NCBI GenBank assembly: GCA_016748015.1
Contig: JAAOMT010000638.1
Coordinates: 72,550 to 136,549 of the forward strand
Length of the DNA: 64,000 bases
Origin: Geosiphon pyriformis uo1
Lineage: Eukaryota; Fungi; Glomeromycota
Reading direction: 5' to 3'
Positions 11,342-25,950 of this stretch are shown in pieces. Under the pieces are notes generated by a model. That model was not told the DNA's origin and made no database searches. It saw nothing but the letters and a program-made list of their open reading frames with translations. A program made the translations under genes and the position numbers. Position 1 is the stretch's first letter, and each line of letters begins with the position of its first letter.

Positions 11342-13074
11342 AGAAAACTAGGTAAATCATTTGAACTTCAAATGCCAAAAAGTGTATCGACTAGTTTTTT
11401 GGATCAAGAAGATAAAACCCTTAACTTTTGTTTTATGATGCATTTTTTAAATAAGCCTTAAAAGGGAACGTGAAAAAAAAAAAAGGTTTTTCATTCAATC
11501 TATTGTCGATAAAATTCCAAGTCGTTGGAATTAGGGAATAATCATTTTTAATGTGAAAATGGTATCTTTATATAATTCAGAATAAAATATATCACGAAAC
11601 CCTGTATCATGAGTATTCATATTTAATTCATTGATTAGAAAATTAAATGAGAAATTTCTAGAGCCAATAAGATGTGGCTTTTAATTTTTTTAAGCTTTAC
11701 TTACAAAAAAAATTCAAGCAATAAAATTTTAGATTTTTTTAAAATCCAGTTAGCAATGAAAACTGAACCAATAGTAAATGAAAATCATTGGAAATGATAA
11801 TGTGAATTTAAGTTAAAATTAAATTAAAAGCTTTTTTTTTTTCTAATAAAGGACCGTTAAAATATAACGGTAACATAAGATAGTCGTTATTCTTTTGTAT
11901 GTTCTATTTATTAAATTTTATATTCTTTCTCAATTCAATTTAGTGACTCCATGATCATATGACAAATTAAATTCATCAATTTTCCTGTGCCAAAAATAAG
12001 AATTAATTTCAAGCTGTATTATGGATTCATCAATACTGTAATATCCTTTTATTTATTAAATATAGAAGACCCTTTGATTTTCTTAAAAGAGAGGTGACCA
12101 ATTTTTCCCTTATTATTGGGATCCATTTTTTCTAAAAAGAAAACTTCCATGCAAGATACGGATGCTTATCAAATAAAAAAAAAGACATACGAATCTGAAA
12201 ATAAAATATAAAATATATTAATTTGAATTTCATTGCACAAGTAAACGAATTTTTCTTATTTGCCAAGTCTTACCTACCGTTTTTTGAAAACATCTAGTCA
12301 GGGTACTAGGAAATTTAAAACGTCTTTCCTTGCTATTCTTAGAGCATTATTTTTGCTCTTTTAGGTTTCATTTCTCAGAAGACCTTCTGTTACATTGTGG
12401 ATACTCTATTCGTATCACATTAGAGAAGCTTGATCTCCCAGATTTTTTTTGATTTTTTTATTATCTAATAACTTTTATATTTCTCATGGATAGTCAGCAG
12501 GCCTTACCCATTCATTCCTGTTTCTCAGTTTTTAATTTTTAATTCAGGCCAACATTGATGATCTGTGTTATTACATTTGAAATCTAATTCTAGATTCCCG
12601 TAATAAGATTTTTTTTTTGATAGTTGACTCTGAAATGAATGACCTCCGTGAAATTTTTGTTTGGCTTTGAAAAAAATTTAAGAAAAAGTTATAATATACT
12701 ATGTTAAGTCGTTTAAAGGATAAAGCTCTAAAAAAATTTTGCCCTTTGAACTAATAATTTCACCCTTTGAAGCAAGCTAGAAGACAGTATGAGACTTTGA
12801 TTTGTCTATTCAAGGTCCTGATAATACCTGAAAATTCAGACGTTGACATTAATAATTTTGGTTTTCTCTGTTTTAAATACCACTAATGTCGGGTCAAAAA
12901 ATTATATTTCTCAAACAATAGTTAAAAATTAAAATCTAAAAATATGTTACAAAATATGATAATATAAATTTTTTAATGAAAAAGAGATTTACTGATCGAT
13001 CGTAATTTCCTTACATACTTTATTTAGCTAAAAACCCTTTGCAATAGTGTTTTCCTTTACGTCGTCTTTTTTGG

Positions 13075-13597
13075 CTAACAACCCTTCGCAATATTGAACC
13101 CATTAAAAACCCCTGTAAACGATACGGTGTCTTTAAAACAAGTTTGACCTGTCCATGTAAGAGCCGTTATTCGATAATAGTAATTTCCTGTTTTTGATTC
13201 AGGTCCAAGATTTAATGTGAAATATGGTGTATGAGGTGTTACATTAGGATTGATATCTCCTTCCCATTGCTTTTGTACTAAGCCAAATTGATTCATCAAT
13301 TCTACTCTTATCACTTTGGATACCCAACTCTGTCCTGGATTAAAAGATATTTGGTAGCATTGTCCTTTTAAAATCGAAAATACAATTATTAGTAAAAAAA
13401 AAAACTTTTTTACAACTGACAAATTTAAAAAAGACTTTTTGATTCTAAAATTTACCATTAGTGTATGTGTTTCCTGGTGTGTTTGGGGATGTTATAATGA
13501 GTCCATAGCAGCCTCCATCTTGTCGTTTTTTAAGGTCATATGGAATACCAAAAATGGTTGTAACAAAAATAGTTAACAATAACATAAAAAGTTTCAT
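13075..13597 (-). CDS. Small secreted protein, 143 aa, 4 Cys. Exons 13597-13456 and 13364-13075
   Basis: MKLFMLLLTIFVTTIFG signal peptide, short propeptide ending KKR (Kex2-type), 91-nt GT-AG intron restoring frame to GQCYQISFNPG. IITSPNTPGNTYTNGQCYQISF resembles the start of Kre9/Knh1-like Ig-fold domains. Confidence 0.85.
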
Positions 13598-15015
13598 ATT
13601 TAAAAAAATTCTCTCAGTTATCAAGTTTGCATTTCAATTCGAAAAAATTTTATTTTTCAGAGTTTATAGTATGAGAAGAATTCAAAAATGATAATTGAAA
13701 GAGAAATTTTTTTGATATATGTGGGGAGGAGGGGGGGGGGTTTAAATTTCACTGGGTAGTAACTATCATAAAGGTTGTATTTATAAAATAAAAGAATCCT
13801 TCGCATCCCAATTCGGGGATAAATTATCGTTAGTTTCCCTGAAAGAAGCAATAAGAATTGATTTACCGATCAAGGGTCCAACACATCTTGTGATGTTATT
13901 AAAGGGTTATAATTCTTGCGATAAATTTTGTCATACAAAAATATATTAAAAAAAGATACTACCACTAGCCATTTTCTCTCTTATATTCTATTTTTGTCCT
14001 AATTGTTTTTGTCGCTAATTGGGTAAGGACATTATGTGAAACAAAATATGGACTCGTAATTGTATTAAATTTATTAACAAAAGAGGGTGGAATAAATCAA
14101 TTTTCACTGAAAATAAAAGTAATCCCTGTCAATGGGAAATCTAAAATGGTGGCTGAAACCAGGATTTATCAAATGGTCAATATTTTTGTCAGCATCTTTA
14201 TGTAACTGCTTCATGCTAATACATGTAAATTTTTTTCTCCGGGAAGTTGTACGCATATGCGAATATATGATTATTCCTTTGACTACAAAAAATTCTATCA
14301 AGTAAAAAAAAATTTTTCGACTATAATATTAATAAACTTGATAAAATTTTATAAATTCCCTTTTTTTAATTTATGCCTTTAAATTCTTTTATAAACCATT
14401 CTAAGTTTAATAATATCAAATTAAAGAAATTTCAGAAAATTCTATAAAGGGATAATATTTATCCAATTATTCAGGTAAAAGTCAGCTGCATCGCACCCCA
14501 TGTTATAACAGTATACACCGTCCCATTTCATTTACGAAAATTGTTAACTTCCATAATTGATACAAAAATGTTGTAAAGAAGATATTAAGCTTTCATTAGA
14601 AAAGATTAATGAGCATCAATATACAGAACATAAAAAAATTTCCATAACGAGTTGTGATATGTAGATATTTTAGTAACAGAATGTATTTCCTAACAAACAT
14701 GTTCTTTTTGCAATTGAGTCTATTTTGGATAATTAAAAGAATTTGAAATATCTTGAATTAAAAATTTGATTAAATAATAAATAAGTACGCAAGAATTTTG
14801 TTCAATAGAAAACATGGAAAATCTTGAAAAATTGTGGGACCACATGGTGGATAAAGATCATCATTGGAAGGCTCTAGCCTTTTCAATAATATCAGTACTT
14901 TGTCTTAGTAAATAGTTATTAATAATCATTAATAGATAAAATTCAAATATATTCGGTTTTTATTGTTAAAAGATGTGAATCAAATATTATTTTTCTATAA
15001 GAGAATTTTATCTAT

Positions 15016-15056
15016 TTCTTCTTCTTCTTCTTCTTCTTCTTCTTCTTCTTCTTCTT
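15016..15056. repeat. (TTC)n microsatellite
   Basis: Directly visible. Confidence 0.9.
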
Positions 15057-16399
15057 TAGTAGGACAAATTATATTCATTTGTAGATTCGAATAAATTCTT
15101 GTTAAAAAAAGTTAATCAGAAAAGAAATTCAGAGATTTATATTGTTTTGTCTTATTTGAAATATTTTAATGAATATTTCTATCATAATATTTTTTTAGTT
15201 ATTTGGAAGAAAATTAAATGTCAATCTTTAAAACAATTATTTTAAACCATCAAGATTTTTCTTTATTTTAATTAGTTACATATATATGTCTATAATTTAC
15301 TTAAGCTTGTAAAAAAAATTTACAACCTCATTTTTTTAAAAAATAATGACTAATAATTTTCTGTTTTCAAAAAAAACTAAAATTAAACCAAAAGTTTAAG
15401 AATCAATTAAACCCAAAAAAAATCAAAAAAAATCTGAACTGTTTATTAAAATAATATCTTTGAAATAGCCTAAATATTAAAAAAAAATTTCTCTCAATTT
15501 TTAATTTGATGAAACAAAAGTGTTTATACTTTTTTACCAGTCTGCTTTCGTTTAAATAAATTCACGACAAGTCAACTTTTTAAAATTTGAAATTGTCATT
15601 AAGCTTTTTCATTTATTTCAGCCAATGTTTTAAATAATGTTTATTTTTTTGCATGAGCTTTTTAGCCATAAAATTTAAATTATTAATTTCTTTGGAAAAG
15701 GGATAATTATTTACCTTAAATTTACATTCAAGATAAATTAAAATTTTTTTTCATTATAAAGTTTTAATTTCTATGGAAAGAAAATTAATTAATTAACTCT
15801 AAATTTTTCGGCTTTTTGGGTATTAGTTTCTGAAACCAAAATTTCAAGGAGTGGTTTCAAATGATTAGCAAACCTGTATCACATATTCCCTTTATTTGAC
15901 ATTGAAAATACGCCTGAAATTTTTTTTTCAAGTAAGTGGGGTTACCACACAATTTTTAAGTGATTTCCAATTCTACTTGCTTTTCGACAATCTTAAAAAT
16001 TTTCACCAATGGTTTCATTGGTTTTGCTTTTAAAGTGGGGTGATCAAAAACTTTAAAAATGGGTAAATGAGAATTTGAAGATCAAATGAAAAGATAAAAA
16101 TTTCTTATACGGACAAATCAAAACTATTTATGATAATCAAAATTTTTTTATTTGAAGAGTTTTATTTTAATAAATGGCAAGTTTTGACTTTGTTTTTTAT
16201 AAAAAAATTTCCCTTTTGATTGACAGTTTTCATAAAATTATTGTTGTTGTTGTTGTTGTTGTTGCTTTGATGTGTCAAGTAAAGGTAACTTTGAAATATT
16301 GGTTTTTTGTTTTATAACGTATTTGGAATAGTAGCAAAAAAATTTGTTGTTTTCTTTAAAGAGAAAAAAACATCCAATGCACACACGTAATAATTGAAA

Positions 16400-16882
16400 T
16401 TTCAAGAATCTGGATTGTTTGATCTTGTATTGTTAGCACCATTTCTAAGAAAAGTCCCAATCGAAAAAGAATATTCTTCAAATGTTTATCGAAATCTTTC
16501 CCAGTTTAAATCGAAATCAATTAGAATAGAATAGTGTAGATCCACGAGCCATGCAACTTTAGAAAAAATGCGTCTCTTGGGAATTTCTCAGATATTCCAA
16601 TTTTAGAGTTAATTTATCTCCTGCTGTAGTCTTAAAATTCTCATATCTTTTTGATTGGCTGCTTTTTCTAATATTGATAAAAAAATTCGGATCATTTATC
16701 TATAATATCTGATGAATCAGGATTATTTCAATGTTGAAGTAGAGAATCTACTTTGGAAGCTTTGCAAATCTCTGGCAAGTCAAACTGATTTGATATTCGT
16801 CTGTTCAATCTTTCTGCAACCTTAATTTTATGTTTTCATTTCTTTACATAATGATCTTTCACATGTACTATTATGGTGGCAT
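16400..16882 (-). pseudogene. Possible decayed coding fragment, unidentified
   Basis: Locally higher GC. The minus frame reads KHKIKVAERLNRRISNQFDLPEICKASKVDSLLQH* with further stops. No family recognised. Confidence 0.2.
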
Positions 16883-17113
16883 ACAAAACAAAAAAATGAT
16901 AGGAATCAAAATTCTTTATTATTTAAATCCTTGAGATTCTTATTAATATACAATAATTTAATATCTGATTATCTAAAATTCAAGTGAACAAGTCTTGATT
17001 CAAATTTGCTTAAAGTTAGAGACCGACGTTTTTTTTTTCATACTGAATATTCCGTGGGAAGTCAAAAAATTGGGAAAAATCATCTGACATCAAAAATCAA
17101 ATCTATAATCATC

Positions 17114-17117
<4 letters not shown>

Positions 17118-17185
<68 letters not shown>
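17118..17185. repeat. (TAT)n microsatellite
   Basis: Directly visible; explains the poly-Tyr ORF at 17006-17194. Confidence 0.95.
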
Positions 17186-18025
17186 CATCAATAAATGATT
17201 TGAAATTTAAACCTACGCAACAATTATTTTTTTCTTTACTCAATAATTATTATTCCAAAATGAGCAAGACTTTATTCCTTCCGCCTTCGTTTAAATATAA
17301 ATTTCCCAAATAGTCACTTTAATACCCTTTTCTATTAAATTATTGAAAACAGCAAAAAAAAAATTTTCCGCGATGAATTTCGTTGGTTACTACGAGTGCA
17401 TGTTGAAGTCAGTTGTGTTGCTATGATGCATGCACCCACTCTTGAAATTCCTGTATTCCAAATAAGCGGTAATGTAGTTTTTTACATGTGATTCTTATCA
17501 TGAAAAATTTTAACCAGAAAAAGTAAACACAATAAATATTTTTCAAGCATTTAATTCTCTCACGAGAGAAAATTTTCATGCATTTCATATCGATATTACC
17601 AGCTTCACATGGGGACAATATGAGACTAAAGAAAAATATGATTGTTGACTTTGATAAGCTATTTTTTATCAAGATTGGCCATATCCAATTCAAATATCAT
17701 ATGAATTTTTTTCTCATTTTGTAAATTATAGAGCTCAAAAATTTTCAATAAAAACAGGTCATCAATCTGGGTAAAAAAATATTGAGCACTGACCTACCTA
17801 CCTAATAGTTATGAAAAGTTTTCTACCCTACCCGTTTAACCATGATCAAACCTTCAATTCCTCACTTTTCACCTAGAGGACAATATAAGCTATTCTTTCT
17901 AACGATAAATTAAATAAAACTGTCAATGCTCCTTCCACGCCGGTCTGGTAGGATAGAACATAAGCTTGAATTAAAATGTTGAGTAAAAACATCACATTTT
18001 TCCGTATCATCTTTTAGCATTTTTC

Positions 18026-18051
18026 ATCTATCTATCTATCTATTTATTTAT

Positions 18052-18109
<58 letters not shown>
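18026..18109. repeat. (TATC)n/(TATT)n compound microsatellite
   Basis: Directly visible. Confidence 0.95.
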
Positions 18110-20499
18110 GATCGTAACCAATTTTTTTTTTCAACAATAACAAAGATGCCAAGGTTGTTAAAAAAATTCCGTTTCAATTTCGCGATTTAAAATATCGAAT
18201 CGGGGTGAAGAGGGTTGAAGAAATACCTGATCATGATTTTCTCTCTCTTACAATAAAGTAAACTTGCAGCTAACACGCATTTCAAAAATCATCCCTATTT
18301 GTAGAAATTATGCCTTCCGGGACTTGGGATCACTTTTATTCAAATACAATAACTTTTATTGAAATATTTGGGAGCTTCAAAAGTCGTTTCTTGTAAATAT
18401 ATATTAACCGAAAATTTCGTCTTATCTGTTTACTAGCATTAAATGTGTGAGAATCGATATCTTCGCTTTTTTCTAAAACTTTTTTTTACCCGTAATTTAA
18501 CGATATTTTCTATTTTCTATTATCTATTTTCTTTTCGTTCTATTTCATTGCAAAGTTGTGCAATCTAATTTCTGGTAGATTAGTTGAAATTTTTCGATAC
18601 TTAAGTTGTCCTTATGATAATCATTTTTTTTTTAGTTTGAGGCTCTCTTTGTGCTTGTGCTTTGATCTTACGAAAACTTAGTTAAATATATATTAATATA
18701 TATATATATATATGTGTGTCTTTTTTTATAGAAAAATGGTTTGGGAATCTAAAAAAAAAAATCTCATTGAAAACGTGATAAGATGTTGAAATCAATAATT
18801 TTTTTCATAAATATTCTTATAACCGGAAATGGTTTAACGTTATGTTAATGAAATTATTAAAAAATATTTAGTGAGAAATATTTTTACCTTTTTTGCTTAC
18901 TCTTTCCATTCATCCAATAGATGATGTTATCATTGTCACAACAATTTCTACATCTATCCATAAATCACTTATAAAATGAATGATAAATTATATATGATAT
19001 GATTAAAAATGAATCAAAAGCATATCCCCTCGCTAAAAAAGTGAATTATTAATTAATTAATAATATTTGTTCATATTATAATAAAATTTAATGAGTGTAA
19101 CACAGACCACAACCTTTTCAGTTGGTGATACGACAATTTTATTTCCATAGAATATTACGATTATTCGGCCTCTGGTTGAACAAAAAAGCTTTAGTACAGG
19201 TTTTTCTTCATTAAGAACCAATAGATGAAAATATTGGATTTTACGAAATTAAATTCGGTTACACAAATAATTATAAAAAACACCCGCTGTGTTCCTGAAA
19301 GAGTGTAATTACCTTTGCACACATATGTATTAATATTTATACATTGTTGGCATTATTTTTAAAAGCAAATATTGATATTAGGAGAATTTTTCGATCTTTT
19401 TTACACTTGTGATGGATGATGAATGATTTAATACAAATTAATTTTTAAAAAATCTGTTTTTAATTTTAAAAAGTTAATTTGAAAAAATGATACGAACATT
19501 CATCATTTTTGATGTATAAACATCTTCAAATTCTAATTCTTTGAAAGTTTTTGCTTTTTTTATTTTGAGATTGGCTTATTCATATTCAACTCAAAATATA
19601 AAGCTGCTTAGTAATTATATTCAACTTTGGATGATCAAAGTTATCTTGAATCTGTGTAAACTCCAAAGAGTATAACTTACTTTACCCTTGTTTAAGTTTT
19701 GGCAACCTTAAATTGATGATGATCTCTCAATTTTATTAGTGAGTGATACTTTATTATTCATAGATATTGGCCGAAAAAACCTAACCACTTTTCGAGAATT
19801 TTCTGTATTCATTTTTGTCGCCGCATTTTCTATGATCATCTATTCATATATTATCATGAGAATAATACTCAAGAAGTTTGGAAAGATGACATCATTTGGA
19901 GAACCGAAAATATATTAAAATTTAGATAAGCATTTCACAAAAACTCTGTTTGTAAAGAAAATATTAAAAAGAATTTTTATCATCTTAGTTACAAGTTTAA
20001 AACTTAAATTATTCCTCAAAATCTAATTTTGAGTTATAATAATCATTATTTTTTGAATACTAATTATATAAGTGATAACTTAAATTAAATTCTTGCAATG
20101 AAAATTTCGTGCACATTATATATAAATTTATTATTATTATTATTATTTTATTATTATAAAAATCAATCATGATACCCCCAATTTACAAGGAGCCGAAAGT
20201 GCAATCAAAGTTTAATTTCAAAGTGATTACTTTAGTGTTTAGTCAATATTACAAATTACCGGGTTTTAGATCGCTTTAATAATATTAGATAAATAACCCT
20301 TAAAAAATAATTTATTACATATTTTGTTTATTTATTTATTTCTTTCTTTCTTTCATTCTTTCTTTCTTTCATTCTTTCTCTTTTAGAAACAAAAGAATAG
20401 GCGAGGTTGTTCATCAAATTTATTTTTTCATCCTTGCTATAAAGCTATATTGATATACTTTTCATTCAATTACTTTGCCTAATTAGTTTACAAATCAAT

Positions 20500-21625
20500 A
20501 TGGGCTGTTGCTGCTCACGAAAAATAATGGATAATAGTTTTGATGGCATAGCAAAGAAGTTTCAGATTATAGATGGGCGAAGGTACCATAATCTTGAAAA
20601 TGCCAAATATTTTGGGGCTAATGATGATGGTGAAGCCTTTCGCTTAGAGGAATTTCATTTTACCGTTAAAAAAATTTGGAATGGGAACTATCTATCCCCG
20701 ATTGATGAGATTTTAAAGGCTGGAGCCAAAGTTTTGGATGTGGGGTAAATTGCATACGATACGATTAGTTGAAGAAAATTGCGTTAAATTCACTTTCCCA
20801 AAAAAAATTGCATTGTAGATGTGGCCCGGGTACATGGGTAATTGAAATGGCTAGAACTTATCCTAGATCTGAATTTATTGGTATCGATATTTCACCTATC
20901 TTTCCGACAAAAAACCTACCTCCAAATGTTCGCTTTCTCGAATGCAACCTTTTAGATGGACTGCCAATGGAAAATGACACTTTGGATTTTGTTTTTCAAC
21001 GATTCTTAGTAGGAGGCTATACTGAAGAACAGTGGAAAACACAAGTAATCCAAGAATTAGCCCGTGTGACTCGACCTGGTGGATGGATTGAGTTAACTGA
21101 GGCTGACATTACTTCCCCCAGTGATGGAGAAGTCACTCAGCGTCTCAATGAAGCAGGTTATTATCATGTAATATATTTATTGGGGCGGCTATATCTGATT
21201 TTCTAATGATTTTTTTCTTTTTCCAGTGACTAATTTTATGAAATCTAAAGGAATGAATCCTTGTATTGGTGAAGACCTAAGAAAAATAGTTGAAAATACC
21301 GGAATGCTTACCAATATTAAAAGTGAAAGATTAAAGATTCCAATAGGAAAGCCAGGTGGTCAAATTGGGGAAGAGGTAAACAACAAGTTTTGATCTCAAA
21401 GCCACATAATGATGATGAAATTTCTAAAAAGTTCAAAAAAATTATTTATTGTAGTCTTTGATTTTCCTAATGAGAGCTTGGGCTTCAAGTAAAGCCCCTC
21501 TAAGGGCCTACATGAATATAACTCCAGAGCATTTTGATGCCTTTGTTGAAACTCTGGGAATAGAAGCTGATAAGCGCCATACCGAAATGAGACATTATAA
21601 AGTGTTTGGCAAAAAAGGGATTTGA
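20500..21625 (+). CDS. Class I SAM-dependent methyltransferase (LaeA-like family) with N-terminal MGCCCS acylation motif. Exons 20500-20744, 20819-21156, 21227-21375, 21455-21625, 300 aa
   Basis: Three GT-AG introns give one frame with GRRYH, VLDVGCGPGTW (motif I), GIDISP, LPPNVRF, DFVFQR and ELARVTRPGGWIELTE; stop TGA 21623-21625. Confidence 0.92.
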
Positions 21626-22298
21626 ATTGAACATTAATCTTTAAGCACTTTTTTCAGATTTTTTTAAAATTTTAAAAAAAATATATGTTTTGAAAAATAC
21701 TAAATTTCAATTTAACTGAAACTTTAATTGATTTTTTTATAACTAAACACAGGTTTTCGATATATCAAAAACTTCAAGCAATTTTTTTATAGTAAAACAA
21801 AGTATGTTTGAAAATCTAAAATATGTCAAGTATCGTCTCGATAAACTATGCATAGAAAATACATTTACTTTACATAGCTGGGGGTTCTATTAAACGTGAA
21901 ACTATTTTCAACCTTCAGCGTGGGGAAATAATGTGACTTCGTGAAATTAGGTGTCACATAACATTATTTTAACAAATCGCTCACAATGTTGTGAAGTTAC
22001 AATTCTATGCATTTAAAAGAATGCAGTAGTAAGTCTTTTCAGCCTCTATAAATTGCCGAATAGATCACACCTATAGCATGACGCACAATTTTTAGGCTCT
22101 CTTTCATTCGAAATTTCTTGATTTCTTGGTTCAAGCACAATTTTTTTGACCACATTTATTGTGTTCATAACTTTATTATTTAGAAAGAAGATTTGCGAGT
22201 CCAGATTTTTTGAACTCCTGTCTACGTTTCATTAAATAGAAATTTTAACATTTTTTTGTGAAGCTTTTAATAGAATAAAATTTATGCGCTGAATAATT

Positions 22299-22332
22299 TT
22301 GATCAACAAAAGTGTCAACTTTTGTTGATCAA
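22299..22332. repeat. Perfect 15-bp inverted repeat with 4-nt loop
   Basis: TTGATCAACAAAAGT-gtca-ACTTTTGTTGATCAA. Confidence 0.9.
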
Positions 22333-23770
22333 GTCGCTTTCTTCATTTTCTTTCTCAAAACCACCAGTCCAATCGAAATTTGTACCAATTTTTTGATGCA
22401 AGGACAGGTGTAAATTGCAGCCTGCGCTGTTTTAAGTGGAGCCGCAAATTATAATTGATACTTTTTATTCCATAAAGCGTAAAATAAAATCATTGGCTAT
22501 AAATGCCCTTTTGCTGATCAATTCGCAAAAACCCCTGAATTAGCCCAATTCTTTTGTATGACAACAAGATGGATCCAATTTTCAGCCTAAAAAAATTGTA
22601 TCGAGCCTGACCGAAAAACTCTTGGCAAAAAATCTAAAAGTAATAAATTTAAAGTTGTCCTTAAAACTATTTGACTAATTTTATAGGAATATTTTTAGAT
22701 TGAAAAGTACCTAATAAACTGGTAGTGAAAACTTCCAAAGTTTAATTTTCAAAAACCTGATTATTAGGATATTTAGAAGATGTGAGCAAATTTTTTATTC
22801 AAAGCGAATATCTTCTCTCTAAAAATTTCAGCTTAAAATATCATTACTTTGTGTGTTTATACAAAGAAACTTATTTTCATTTGATAAAAAAAAAATCTGT
22901 AAAAGAACAAGCAAGTTTTCTAATTTGAAAATCCAATTTTCTGCGTTAAAATTAATTTGGTTCCTTTTCCAAAAAGTGCTTATTTTAGGAATTAAAGTTC
23001 AGTGTCTATTTCAAATTCTCGATATATAATTATTAAAAGACTTAAACTTTGACAAACCTCATGTCACTTTTGTAAACTATTTTTAACTTCATCTATCAAA
23101 GATAAATACAATACTGTAATGCTCCAATCAAACCTTATTAAGAATACATGATGTTTTTTATTAACTGACATGCTTGCATCCCTGTCTTTGATTGTTTCAT
23201 TTGTTTTACGCGACTAAAATGACATTATACTCTACAGTATTTAATTAATCGATAAGTTTGAAAAAGAAAGGTTGTTAATTAATAACTTCTTTGCTAACAT
23301 AATTTTCTATCAGAAAAAAAAAATTCTTATATTCCATATTTTTGTGTGCAAAGAGATTTTGAACAGTTATTGAATATTATTATTTCAGCAAAATTTTCGA
23401 TTCTCAAAGTATCTCATAAGAGATTAATTTTGATAAGATTTTTATCTAAATGCATGAGAATTAAAAGATTAAGGAATATTGCATTCGGAAAAGTTAAAAC
23501 TCAATTCTCTTTGAATTTAAATTATTCCAAGACTTGAATTCCATGAAGCGTTACAGCACTTTTGAGTTCAATTTTAAAGTTCATTGCTTCTCACTCTTTT
23601 CTTTTTATGTTCATGAACAAAATTTTAGATACATTTATTTGGATAAATCTTGTCAATAAAGTTTTTTTCTATTAGCGCAATTAAAAATCTTGATTGCTGA
23701 TGGTATTTTTCAAAGTATTTACTAATTTTTAGTTTGAAATTTTGAGAATTTTCTCTTGAATATTTAATTG

Positions 23771-23818
<48 letters not shown>
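23771..23818. repeat. (ATT)n microsatellite
   Basis: Directly visible. Confidence 0.95.
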
Positions 23819-24199
23819 GTGAAGCCATTCCTTCCTACTTTTAATATAAATTGTTTATATTGATAAAAATTGTTTTCTAATCAATAATGTCTATCGCAGC
23901 TACTGATTATTATTTGACTTTCGACATACAATCATTTTTTGCCTTCTAAGTTTAGGTTCAATATTGATATATTTTCACAACAAACCCTTTTTCAGTCTTT
24001 GGTCATATCTCAGGCTTCCAGGTATAGTTGCCGATTCCCTTCAAAATAAAGTAACATAAATATTATCGAATTATTTTTCATTCAATACGCGTCATATGGC
24101 TAAAGAAAATTTAAAGTTCTACAACTCAAAAGTCAAGTTTTTCCGAATTTCAAATAATTACACTAATCATAATACTGTTTTTAAATAAACTAAAGCTAT

Positions 24200-25950
24200 A
24201 ATACTTTTAAGCAAAATACATTGATGTATTAAACTTGCTCATGAAAATATTAAAAGTGATCCATTTTGAATTTAACACCTTCCAAATTTTTTATCTTTAC
24301 AAATTGAAGAACTAAAAAATTCAAAATATTATAGTTATTGTGTTTTTTACAACAGTAATATTTTAGAATTAATTGCTCAGTTATTAAAATGGTAATAAGT
24401 GATATTTCACCATAATATTTGTATAAAATTTTTTACTCAATTAAATATTTCATTTGCAATTAAATCTGAATCAAAAAAATACTCACTTATATATCAACAT
24501 ATTTCCTGTATAATTGAATAATTTTTACTTGAAAAGAAAATTAGTTTGAATAATAAATTTTTAAAGAAGTCAGCCGATTCATCATTAGTTTTGTTATATT
24601 TAATATATATATATATATATATATAACCATATTTTTAGCACTAAGTTGTAATATGATAATACCTTCTATATATAATGTAAGAAAAAATTGAATTTATAAT
24701 TATTTTAATTAATTCCAAGGTCTATTGTTCGAAATTTGTCAAAAGAAATATATTTAAACCAAGACAAAATTGTAATTCCTCAGTAATTAAATAATAAAAA
24801 ATCATTTTTAAGTCTAGAAAATTAGCTTTTTGTTTACAGTACTTTAATAAAAAATAGTTTGAATTTTTGAATTTTGAATTTTTTTTGGGCTCAATTTTTT
24901 TTTAAAGTCATTGTATGCTGCAATTGGATATTTTTAATATCATGAAAATTATGAATTGCATTTTGCATTGTAAGCATAGAAAGATCTATGATAAAAGTAG
25001 ATATTTTGTTTTAAGTAATTATTTTTAAATAATAATATTTACTTTGAAATTTTTTATTCATTTTTCGAAATAAAATGTTTTTTTTAATAAGGTATTAAGA
25101 TTATTAATAAATAACAATCTCCAATTAATCAAACCAAGTATCAATATTTCCGTTAAAAAGATATGCTTTTTAATTATTTGAATGAAATTCTCATGTACTA
25201 AACCGATTGTAATTTTAAGCATTGAAAAAATAAAATTTATTGTTATAATTAAAAATTTCAATTCTAATACTAATTATAAATATTTGCAATCTTTAACCAT
25301 TTCTTTTAAAAATAGTTATTAGAGTTTTATCGTTAGCAATAATATTAGTTCATTTTGTCATCAATTTATTAACAAACAAAAAAACCATTATATATTATGT
25401 ATTACTTATTTAAGATAAAAATCAAATATTAATAACACTTTCAAACAAAAATAAAATATTTTATATATATTTTTGAATATAAAAAAAGCAAATACTTTGT
25501 ATTTAAATATTAATTGATTGATTTCGAATGTACGAAAATTGTAATCATTTTAGAAAGTAGCAACTTATATATAAAATATCATTAAAGCTTAATTATTTTA
25601 AATTAATTATTCATAAAAAAATTAATTTAATTTATAAAAATATTTCGATAAACAAAATATGAATTTTATCGAATGTTTTTTTTTAGAAATTTTTTATTCT
25701 TGTATAAAAGAAATTAATCAAAAAACTTTACTTCTTTGAGCATAAATTATTATTTCCTTTTTTTCATAATTAAAGCTAATTTTACACTAAATTCAATTTT
25801 TTTTAATAATAAATACTAAACGAATAAAAATTATATTTTTTTATTTCGTAAATTAAAATATAATATATTTACATTTTTTTTGCTTTTAAAGTATAAGAAA
25901 TATATCAACTTAATTTTTATTAGTTTTTTTAAATTAAATTTAAAAACAAT
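24200..25950. mobile_element. Extremely AT-rich probable TE relic, unclassified
   Basis: Marked drop in G/C relative to the flanks. No termini or domain recognised; boundaries approximate. Confidence 0.3.

Noticed and set aside
11065-11343. 92-aa ORF with poly-Asp/poly-Val
   Set aside because: Plus-strand read-through of a trinucleotide array, with a non-ATG start.
17006-17194. Poly-Tyr ORF
   Set aside because: Product of the (TAT)n microsatellite.
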